In this document: positions 48,001 through 60,000 of the stretch, one piece after another | How positions within the stretch are numbered: position 1 is the first letter of the stretch | How the letters are laid out: each line of letters begins with the position of its first letter | Source of the DNA: Phoronis australis | Lineage: Eukaryota > Animalia > Phoronida | Reading direction: 5' to 3' | Assembly (NCBI GenBank): GCA_002633005.1 | Contig: NMRA01000371.1 | Location: 365,572-429,571 of the forward strand | Length of the DNA: 64,000 bases | Notes under the pieces: generated by a model | What the model was told of the DNA's origin: nothing | Databases searched by the model: none | Seen by the model: the letters and a program-made list of their open reading frames with translations, nothing else | Made by a program: the position numbers and the translations under genes

Positions 48001-51000
48001 CCACTGTTTTGCGTAATGATCAGATTCAAGATATGTTGGGCGTGACAAAATCATACTTGAATGCTTCTATAACCAAGATTTGTCATCATACTGTTTTTGA
48101 AATCCAACATTTGCTGTCAACATATGAAGTTCACAAAACAGCAACCTTTTTATTGAGGCACCCCAGTTTTTACCAAAATACATTTTCTCCAACAGAGTTT
48201 CACATAAATTTTGAATTCAAGGTGGTGCCTGTGCATGTGACTGCAATTTTGTATTTTTCATGTGACTTAGGGAGTCTTAATGGATTGAATAAACAGCTTT
48301 TGACTTTTCTATAAATCTTCTGCCGAATGAATGGTACTATAGTGTACTATAATGTTAACTTTTCTTTTTCCAATTACCACTTACAATTTTCTAGTTATTC
48401 GATATTTACCGATGACTGCTCATTTTAATGACTCCTTTTGCTGCTTTGTTGTTGTTTTATGAACAACTAACTGTACAAGGCTTTGTTTTTTAATAATTTT
48501 CAACCTCATCATCATCATCATCCAAATTATCATTTTTCATTAATATCTTCAGTTAATTAAATATCAAGTGTCATTTCTCATGGTTCTTTCATTAATTGCT
48601 GAGTAGCATGAGTGGATATTAGTGAAATCTGTGATAACAACATTTTAGTTTTAGTCCCTGAAGACTATATGAATCCTGTCACGGCCATATTGTGAGATAG
48701 GGCTATATGTCCCTGTCTGAAATTTCACTTACTGGCACAATACCTTTGAAGCATCAAGTATTTCCACAATTTCCATCAGGAATACTGGTCCTTCAAAATT
48801 AGAATTACCCTTAAATGTGGAAGGTCTAATTCACATCCTGGGCAAAATTGTGAATATAACAATATGAGTATTTTAGATTTATCAGCTGTCATTCCTGTGT
48901 ATAGTTAGTTTGAGTAACTAGTTCAATTACTCTTCTCAATGTGAAAGCTGTTGTACTGCTGAGATACTTCTGTTTTCTGGAAATGCATTAATTCTTCTGA
49001 CTAGGGTCATGTTTTGAGCTAAAAACTCTCCTTATATATTTGTGTGATTAGAATTCCCCTTTAATTCAATCCTGTGATAGGTGAGGATTAGGAATTCCAA
49101 TCTCTTGAAGCACATTTCCATTCAGAACTGAGAAGCGTCCCTCTGGAACCATATCTCCCACCTCATTTGTTTGAAAAATATTGTTCTAGAGCTCTTAAAA
49201 ATTGACTAATTTGGACTTGACGTTTCAGAATGTTGGAGCTCAAGGTATACTTGGCTTGGGTCCTCAGTACGCTGATAACTGTGGCACTGACAACAACTGT
49301 ATGGCCATGTTGTCCTTTCAAGTACTCATTCTCATGATTGTCAAGCCATTCCCCAAACTATTGAAAGATATTCTGTTGCCGTAAGTCTGATATTGTTTAA
49401 ATTCACTGCTGTGCTTTCAAAAAGTCACTTAAAGGGATATTATGTGTTATTAAATGTTTATAGAAACAATGTCCCAAAAGAATTCTTCATTTTTGATTGA
49501 ATAATTGTTAAAATAATTGATGCGATTACCAAAACTGGACAAATGAACTCTATTTTCAGTTCAGTGTTTTTCGTCATATACGAAAAAACATTTTGTTTGC
49601 AAATTTAAGAATGGCCTTTTACTGTCTGAATTTGTTCTTTTGTGGTTTGAAACTTAAACCAACACGACTCTAGCTTTAGCTATTGAGATGGGCTCAATGT
49701 TTATACAGTTTACGTTATCCAGGTTGCTTGTGCCTTTATTCCTTAATTTTCATTTACTACTAAAACCAATTGACTGTATCATAAGTTACCTGTGCGTACA
49801 TTTTATAGATTTATAAAGAAGTGTATCAGGAACAGGAAGTGTTGTAAGACGACTCAAGTAAACCCCGAGTTGGAGAAGTCTTGCACTGTGACTGTGAATG
49901 ACTATCTGGATAGAGAGAGACTCAAGCCGGTGCTAGGAGACTTCACACTGTGGGAGTATACAGAGAAAGTAATACAGTACGGCTATCTCATGGTATGTGA
50001 TGCCGGGTATTATGCATTTATAATTGCTCTCAGAATCTCATTGCTAAAAATCTATCATCCGTATGATTGGTCGAGTTAATCATGGCATGAAACAGGGAAA
50101 AGGGGATAGAGCCTTTGAAAACTACCCAGCCAAACGTCTGTAAATCAATAGTTTGTATGTCTATATTCTAAATGGATCATTACTGATCTAATTGTGCTAT
50201 GATGTTGCACAAACTATGACCATGTGACAGTACCAAAAGTAAACACACTTTTCAGTTGGAAATCATGTCAATCTCACACTTGTCACCGACGCCCATATCA
50301 AGTCATGACCTGACTCACTCGGATGAAGCAAACGTGCTTGCACATCTTTCTTTTTTCTCATTTTTCATGACTTAGAATTCTCTTTTGTATTGTAGTCCAA
50401 TGATTGTGTAGCACCCTAATGTACTCATTGTTATTGTAATGATTGTGTAACACACTAATGTACTTAATTTTATTACAGCTCTTTGCTGTCGCTCTTCCCA
50501 TTGCTCCCCTGATTGCCCTGCTGACCAACCTGTTTGATAGAGGCACTGATGCCAAGCGACTGTTGTGGATCTACAGGAGGCCCATATCTTACATAGCTCA
50601 AGATATAGGTATGTCTGTGATAACCAGTATCTTGTGTAATGGAATATATATAATATATAGATCACTCAGCTGTCAGTCGAACTGGAAACATTTTAGGACC
50701 TCATGGTGCACAAGATATTGGTTCATGAAAGGTGCTTAGCTGGACACTAATTGTCACATTGTTCAAAATAATGTTATGTTTTTGTCAATTGGAGACCAAC
50801 ATTTCACATAGCGCACAGTATGAGGTTTATTTTTGTTGGTCAGCTGTTGGGTTCTCAAGCAGTGGGAAGTTAAGATAGATGGTCAATTGGAGGTCAATGT
50901 GGTACTAGATAATTCTTGCTCAGGAATATTATTTTATATATTTATTGTCTAGAAAATTATTAGCCAAAGTCTATTGCTGTTATCATTTCTTGCAGTATAA

Positions 51001-54000
51001 CGTTTTGTGTTGAAATTTTATTTTAATATCAGGCATTCCACTAGCTGTCTACCGGTGCATATATATTGGTTGGAAATTAGGGACTCATTACCTGTATTGC
51101 ATTTATTTCTAACTTATTCATTCAACTAGTTACACAACATTCCTTAAGTCCTAAAACCTGGTATGTAAGGCTGTGACCTTGCAGGTGGAGTAATGCTTTT
51201 TCAAACATGAAGCTACAGTCTTGTATTTGATTTATAAGTTTGAACCCTTTCTTCGGATGTCAGGCGCAGTCATGATTGTTCTTGTGTTTTCTGCCAACCA
51301 AAATGTCACGGTTAACAAAATATTCGCTGGCCAAAATTGTTTCATGCAAATGTTGAGTAAATCATTAAGAACAATACAACATGTGTCGTGAATGACATAT
51401 TTCAATTATTTTTTCATGCCAGAATGCAGAAGACACCGAATATCCTGACTTTATATTCGAATATAAGGCCATTATTACTTCAGTATAAGGCCATACTTCA
51501 ATATATGGCCCTACATAATGGTGTTGTTATAAATACCCACGTTGACATTGGGGTAGAGATCTTTTCAGAGACTCAACTATTGCAAAGATTTGGCTCTAGC
51601 TGTCTATTTATATGACCAACATATGGCATGTATTAAGACTAATAATTCATGCTTACATAGCCTTGCAGTTAATGCTGCTGATGTAGAAAGAGCTACATTT
51701 TATATGAACTCGTCTGAGACATGAACACTTATTGTAGGCATGTGGTTTCCAATCTTACGGTTCATCAACATTGTGGGAGTCATCAGCAATGCCTTCATTA
51801 TTTGCTTCACAACCACTTTAGGAAGGGAATGGTTTGGTGACGTCTGGACAAAGCTCATAGCTGCCATAGTATTTGAGGTGAGTACATACCTCTACTAGTT
51901 CACTCAGAAGGTCAGAGGTCAAAGATCATTAAGTTCAGGGATCACCAATATAACTTACATATCCTCTAGCTTGCCTTTAGCAGTAGCAAAATTTCTGATT
52001 TTCAAAAGTTTTGATGGGACATAGTCATGATATTCTCAAAGACAACGGAGCATGCTGCATCTGAAGGATGTATTACATTAAGCATGAAATTGCATTCCTG
52101 AGTGATATAATGCTTTAGTAACTGCTGTGTACTCTGTCTCATGTAGTGTGTTAATTAATGCTAGTCACTTATAAGTGAGAATTATTGGTTAATCTTATGG
52201 AAACAGTTTTCATAGCCTTTCAATCAATTTACTGTTGGTTGTTTTGTTTGCATATCATGCCAAGACTTGTACGATGACACTCCCTTACATCAAAATCCAA
52301 CTGCTGCCAGCTGGTTGGTAATTGGCCCAATTATGTTGCACACTCAGCAGAATGCAGAGAAACAGAATACTGGCAACATTGGTCAATAGTTTAAGACTGT
52401 AAAAATCACATTTCTTGTCTGAGTTATTTCAAAATGTAAAAACCTAACCACGTGTACTTTTGACAAACTATTCAAGTAAATATGCTATTTAAAATCTTTC
52501 AAAAGGATAATTTAAAAAATACTTTAGTTGTGCCCAGTGTGATTGGTGTAACTACTTAGAGAATGATAACACCAGCAGCTTTGGCATCCTGAGGCCATGT
52601 TATTGCCTACAGCCTGGTGTCTTCATCATGGCAGCAGTTTTCGCGGTGCTCAAACCAGTCAAGTTGCCAAACTCAGCTGGTGCTGGTGTCAACATAGGAT
52701 TCTTATCATGAACCTTGTACAATTTCAAGATTATCTGTGAAACGGTAGTAAGGTTTTTGTTACACTAGCCTCGTGTGCTCTCGCCAAGCTTACAAAATAC
52801 TGGCTTTCTTAACTTGCCCATGGAATGTTACAAAAAAGGCACTACATGATTGTGTATTCTGTTATTCCTAGCACGTCATCTTTGGTGTTAAGTACACAAT
52901 CCACGTGGCTGTGCCAGATATACCACAAGATGTTAAATTGTCCATAAGAAGGGTAACTCACTGCACAGCTGAACTGATTCAGAACTGCATGTTGGTTCAT
53001 CATGTCTTTGGGTTCAATGTTGTTATTAAATTCCATGCATTTCTAAAAATCGTATTTCATGCATCTGAAATACTGTTGCACCAAGATTTTATCACTTCAT
53101 GAAACATTAAATTGATTTTGTAATCTGTGCTGCATTTGTCTTTTATCCTTCACCATTTGTTTTCACTGCATTCAGGCTGCTCAACCTCGTTTCAGCTTAT
53201 TCTATTTACTACCCAATCTATAGCAGAGTTGAGAAATTTTTGGTGGCCATTTTTTATGACCGAACCCCAAAATGAGCAGACTCTTTTTAAAGAGTTTGAA
53301 AATACTCTGTCTGGAATTAAATGGGATTCCATGATCTAAAAACAGCGCATGTCACATGTGAAAAACTGTGGAAATGATGCGTCCACTCCTACTGTGACTA
53401 ACAGCTAATCTGCCATAGTATTTATGGGTTGTGCCACTGCTACTGTTTCTCCACCCTATACAACAGTTATGATACGTATCGCATCAGTTCTACAAGCCTA
53501 TGCATATCACACCAGTTCTACAAGCCTTATGCATATCACATCAGTTCTACAAGCCTTATGCATATCACATCAGTTCTACAAGCCTTATGCATATCACATC
53601 AGTTCTACAAGCCTTATGCATATCGCATCAGTTCTACAAGCCTTATGCATATCACATCAGTTCTACAAGCCTTATGCATATCACATCAGTTCTACAAGCC
53701 TATGCATATCACATCAGTTCTACAAGCCTTATGCATATCACATCAGTTCTACAAGCCTTATGCATATCACATCAGTTCTACAAGCTTTATGCATGGCTTG
53801 CCTTGATCTGTTATCATTCTGCATGTTGTCACATATATTTTCTATTATTTTTTTATCACTAACATGCATGTTTTCACAGCACGTGGTATTCGGACTCAAG
53901 TATTTGATCGAGATAGCAATACCCGATGTTCCGTCAGACGTACGTTTGGCTATGCGTAGGGTAAGTCTAGCTGCTTTGGTCTGGTAAAAAGGTAGACTAT

Positions 54001-57000
54001 CAAGAGCTTTTTGCTGGCAAAAGCCTACAGGGTTAAGATTCATTTTCAGCTTGCTGAAACTTTCCTGTTTTCTAACAGTTTTGGCAAACTAGTAACTCAG
54101 CTGAATTGTCACGATTAATTTTGTTTGACTACTAGGATATTTTTGCCGATGGTACTAAAGGAATGGATTTTTATGAATTCCTCGATATTTTTCATTTCCT
54201 GGCAATATGCAACAGACGTCTTTATCATCCTGTCGTGAAGATACTCCACAAGTCTATAACTCATTTGAACAGATATTCAGTAATTGGTCTGCCAGTCATA
54301 TCCTATCAAAACATCATTTTCTGAAATCGAATATTACATATATTAACGACCTTAAGAATCTAGTATGGAAGAGTCTTACAGTTATAAACTTTCCATAACC
54401 ATGTATCAACTTCTGCAGGAGAAATACCAAGTGTCCAGAATTTTGGAGACGGGACAGTTTCTCTCAGACAACAGTGAGAATGACAATGGTGGTGGTGGAG
54501 CTGGTGGTGATACAGGAGGAAGGCCACATGGTGGCGTTACTAGTAATGCACCTAAGAGTGGCAGTACCTTGAGGAAACGTCACGACAGAACAAAGTCTCA
54601 AGAGGAGAATCCATCATCTCGAAGGTACCATGCGTACAGTGATATGCATACAGTGATATGCGTACAGTGATATGCATACAGTGATATGCATACAGTGATA
54701 TACGTACAGTGATATGCATACAGTGATATGCATACAGTGATATGCATGCAGCGGTATGCATACAGTGATATGCATACAGTGTTATGCATACAGTGGTATG
54801 CTGCGTAATTTTGTTTCAAATGACATCTCTGAAAGGCTATCAGTGTTGTTTTGCCTGTGCATTGCTTGAGAGACCAATCCATGGATGTGTAATCCCATTA
54901 ACATGAGTGAAGAGGCATATTGCAAGGTTATGTAATAGCCTAACATTATAATACAGTTTCTTTTTGATGAAAAACTCTCCAAAACCACTTGAGGTGGTGA
55001 GATTGTGGGCTTATCCTATTGTTCCCACCAACCTCTGAATTAGATTAAGACTGCACAGCTATTGGGCATTCATGGCTGGAGAAACTGCTGACTGGAACTG
55101 TTATGCAATTGGAAATTCTGCTTAAAAAGGTTTTTGTATTTAGCGTTAGTAGTTCTGCAATCTGGAGTGCCAGACACCTCATACAGTGTTTTTTTTGTCC
55201 CAAACATCAACGTAAAATCAGTTGTATTCCGTAACAAATGGATCAAATTTTACTTGTTTTTATGCAATGAAAGAGAATGCGTGTTCATCTTTTCGTCTCA
55301 GTGTGATTGTAATTATTTCAAGGGTGTCTCCTGAAGTCAGTCTGTACTCATTGTGATTGTAATTATTTCAAGGGTGTCTCCTGAAGTTAGTCTGTACCCG
55401 CTGCTGGATGAGCTTGAGGCAGAAGAAGAAGAAAAAGCTCGAGTGAGGCAGAAGAAAAAGAAAAAGAAAAGGAAACCAAAACATGGTGAAGGTTTATGAA
55501 TTCTTTTGTGACCTTGCTTATGCTTTCACCTTATACGATATTCACAACAAAGCTGTTATGAGTTTTGAAATTATGTTGAAGGTTATTACTCAAGGTCAGA
55601 TATTTTAAAACCAATTTTAAAAGTTGTAACTGTGGCTCAGTTATAACCCTCTGTGAGGCTGGTTTAGGGAGAGATTGTAACTCAGTGTGAACAAGACAGT
55701 TGCAAAAGTTATAACTCAGAAGGTGGCGCTGCTGTCAAATCTCATTGGAAACAATGGCACATTGAGGCACTAACTGGGGTGAATCAGAAAGCAATAGCAC
55801 TGACAACTAGCGATAGCTCTAACAGCTACTGATAGCACCGACGACTAGACAGTGATAGCTCTGACAACTAGTGATAGCACTGACGACTAGACAGTTAGTG
55901 ATAGCGTCGACAGTTAACGATAGCGGACGACTGGCGATAGCACCGACGACTAGACAGTTAGTGTTAGCATCGACAGTTAACGATAGTGGACGACTGGCGA
56001 TAGCCCCAACGGCTGGTGATAGTGCTGACGAATAATGATTAAAACACCAAACTATGGTTATAACACTTTAACTGTTGGTGTGAACATTAACAAATACATA
56101 ACAGTTACAACTCTAAAGAAGGGTTACAATGGGGTCTTAGTGTGAACACAGCTTAATGACTTAGCTTTATGTTAAGTCATGCTAAGTGGTCGTTGTCTCA
56201 TTTTTAGTTTTAAATAGACATCCTGTGAAAAGTGAAGCATTCTCTTCTGTAATTATGTTTCACTGCATTGTTGCATTTAAGTTAAATGTCTTTTGTTTAC
56301 TTTGTCTGTTTGAGTATAGGCTTTCCATGATGATAAATGAGTATCTCACTTGATTTCTTGTCTGTTTTGAAAATTAGTCATAAAATGTTTTTCTTCATGG
56401 TTGTGATTGTTTCAAAGGAATTACCAGAAACAGTTACTGATGTTGCAAGTTTATTACAGATGATCCTGAAGACCCTGAAACACCACGACGGTCTCATCAT
56501 CTGGACCCTATTGACTCTACAAGGTACAACTTGCAGAATGAGTCTAATGCTTGATATGGTAACTATTAAGTGAGTGAATAGTCACTAGCCTCACAAAATA
56601 TTGCTCAAGTCTAGCTGGTGTTATCTGAAATTTTTTTGCTATAGAATAGAACAGAATACACTTTATTCCAGACTCTGTAAAAACATACCATAGTTATTGT
56701 TGGACAAAACCAAGAGTTGGAATTCTGTCAGTTGAGAGTTCTTTAATTTTGCAGATTTGGAAATTAGGTTTTTGTCCTTTTTATTCCTGAAAACCCTGTT
56801 TGCATAGTTTAAAACATCTATGAATTTATTATTTGTGCATCTCTGTTGATTTAAACCACTTACGATAATTGGCTTTTGCCAAACTGGAGATGATTTGAGG
56901 ACCTTGAAAGAAGTGACATATGCATTTATTGCTTGAGACCAGGCTGTACAAGTTGACTTGTCACAGTTTGTCATGTCATGTACCAAACATGGTCCCAAGG

Positions 57001-60000
57001 AATACTGGTCTTTCAGTTCTGTGCAAACCTAGAAATCAATTCTCATCTCGGCAAGGAACACACTGAGACCAGTTGTACAGCACTAAGTGGGCTGAATCAA
57101 AATGTCATGGATGGTACACTGGTTTGTAACTACTTAAAATAAATTATTTTGAGTCTTGGGATCTGTCATTGAGACCAACCTTTTTTGGTAAAATATGGGT
57201 TCAGAAATAGAGGGTGATAATTGTTTTATTTTTTCGATATTTGAACTCAATCTTTTTTGTTGTTTTTCCTGCAGTTATGTTTCTACTTCTCCATTTTTAT
57301 GTTCTCAAGTGATATGCAAACATTGCCTTATCCACGAATACTATTTTTTGTTTTGATATTAAATATTTTTTACTACATCTTCAATTTATCCATCACGTTA
57401 CTTTGATTATCAATTTGTATGCAAAACACTACTAGAATGAACAATATTTGTGTTGCACTAATATCAGTAGACAAAAGATGCTGTATCTCCAGGGCTTTGA
57501 GTGTCACAACTATTGCCTGTATATATATTCGTTAATTTAATGACCTTCTAAACAATACCTTCAGCATATAGTCTTCAGGGGTCCATTTTATGAAAGTTAG
57601 TTAAGACTTGAGACAGAAATTTGGTCTTATGCACCCACTTCACAGTGTCTGAATAAAAATTCACTCAAGTAATTATGAACACAGTCTAGATATAATTTAT
57701 AGAAGTTGTCTCAGTTACTAGCAGTTATGTGTATATACTCGGAGACTTTGTACTTGTGCTCAAGTGGAATTTAATTTTTTTCAGAAATAGTTGTTTGGAG
57801 CGTAATACTTAAGACCGAATATCTGTCTTCAGTTTTAAATCCCTTTTCATGAAACAGACCTCAGGATTTTGTCTCACTACTAGTTGGTGTTGTGTTATCC
57901 TGCAAGAGGTCACTAGTTGGTGTTTTGTTATCCTGCAAGAGGTCATTATTTGGTGTTGTGTTATCGTGAAAGAAGTCACTTGTTGGTGTTGTGTTATCCT
58001 GTAAGAGGTCCTCAGCAATATCGAACAGTGTCATGTTACTTCTGCTGAAACTAATCTGTCACTGATACAGTACAAGTCAAAAGTATTCGAACAAAGTGAC
58101 TGGTAATTCCCGGTCATAACAGCTGAATGAAAACTGAATTCATTGTCAGAGTTGTCTCCCCTGATGATGGAGAATGAAGGGGAAATAACAGGACAGTTAG
58201 TCACATGACTGATCCAGAATTTTGCTGCCTTGCTAGTTATTGCCAGTATTTTTCAACACGACAGGAAAATGGTATTTTGTCTGATTACTTTAGTCATGTA
58301 CTGTGCATGTTTTGTCCTCGGGAACTGAAACTAGGGGTCAACACTTACAACTATGGTGTAACTTAAAATTAACCCTTTCCGTTCTGCACAACCTACGTAA
58401 ACGATTCAGAATATTTTATTTGATGCATCTCTTGCAACAAAACATGAGTATGCCGGAAAAGTAAAAAAGAGTATTATTTTACCTACCTACCCACCCACCN
58501 NNNNNNNNNNNNNACCCACCCACCTACCCACCCACCCACCTACCCACCCATTTCAAAGCACTGTGAGGATGATGCTAGAGGAAACAGAGTACGTCAGTGC
58601 TGTGACATTTGCTAACATATAACAAAGCAAATGTTAATTGATAAAGTGGGACCAAGTGTCTGTGCTGCCCTCTAGCTGTCATGCAAAACATCTTAGCAGG
58701 CCTTAGTGAACCCAGTTCAGTCTTACATTTGCTTAATATTTATTTTTTTCACAAGTTGTTAACTTATTCTCTGCATTTGAGGTGATAATGAAATGTTATT
58801 CTATGGTGGTGAGTTAATATTGTTTACTCCCCGACCGCAGTTGACATGTTGGTATTCTGTTGTTTGTTTGTCAGGACGCAGCCAGGACCATCAGGGTGAG
58901 TGGCCTAGACTTACCTGAGGGTTGTGTTTCCTATGGTTTCTTTAAACAGTGTTCATCCCACCAGCCACTGTAATTCGGACTGAAACCTAGACATTGGGTT
59001 TATTTTGATATCATTCCCAAATCAATGCGACATGTGTTCATAAATTAATTAAACTGGCAAATTTGGTGTTATATTTCTACAGTTCGTGATAAACAAAACT
59101 GCATGCTTGCAATGGCTATTTCAATGTCGTGCAATATGTTTTGCTTTTATCGTGTTGGAGATGAGCACTGTTTGTATTTCTCTTTCTCTGTTGATCCCAA
59201 ACCCTGATCACTGGAACTTAAACTGGCTTGTTGTCAACGGAAGGCGATGAAAACTTGAAGTGTTGTTTTACACTAAACTACGGCACTTAACCTGTCAGGA
59301 GCCTTGGCAGTTACTGGACCTTTATTGTCATTACGATGATTTATACCTAACAAGGTCTAAAATAGGGATTATGTATAAACAAATGAGACTGTCTGGCTTT
59401 ACTACTTAAAACAACTTTTTAGTGAAACGGTGGCTTAATTTACGACGCATCAATCATCAACGAAACAACTTTTTGTGAAACAAGCCCTTGTGCAAATGTC
59501 AGCAAAATACATTTCCAAACAGTTATTCCACGTTTTCATTTTAACTTTTCATGACAAATTGGAAACATTATCAACCACTTGGTTACTCTCGAGTTTTGAA
59601 TAGCCATATATATATATATACGATTATTTATTTCAGACTCTTTTCCCAGTCTACACGAAGCTTATTTAGGTGTCTGCGTTTATTAATTATAGATGGTTTT
59701 TCCACTCCTCCACAATTATTTGGTCATGATGAAATTCGGAGTTGGCTGTTTCTTACTCATTTCTTGAACACAATTTTGTTACTCAAAGTTGTTTTGAACA
59801 CTGAGTTTCTAACCCTGGTTGCCTGAGTGAGAACTCACAGTCCTAACCACTAGACCACGAGACATTCCTAACAAATTAGCAATTTTAAAGATTATATACA
59901 ATTCCACGGAAGTCTTGTGTAATAAGATGCACGTGAAAAAGATTTTATTCGCTAAGTATACAACTATACATTTTAAAGCTTAAATAATCGGGACTCCCAA

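Larger units (their letters stand above)
42160..50463. repeat. Duplication of three anoctamin exons and their introns across a single N (46155), probable uncollapsed haplotypes
   Basis: About 42160-46154 aligns to about 47320-50463; exonic differences are synonymous only; the join lies between two expanded VNTRs. Confidence 0.85.

Noticed and set aside
47471-49992. Real internal duplication of anoctamin TM5-TM7
   Set aside because: Phase-incompatible in series, allelic-level divergence, and joined at a single N between two VNTRs; best explained as a haplotype artefact
53424-53862. Repetitive ORFs (LCISHQFYKPYAYHISST...)
   Set aside because: Translation of the 29-bp minisatellite; only 53880-53960 is exon-like
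58149-58177. Alternative short terminal anoctamin exon (VVSPDDGE*)
   Set aside because: Phase fits but the acceptor is weak and there is no other support; 62630-62798 is a better candidate
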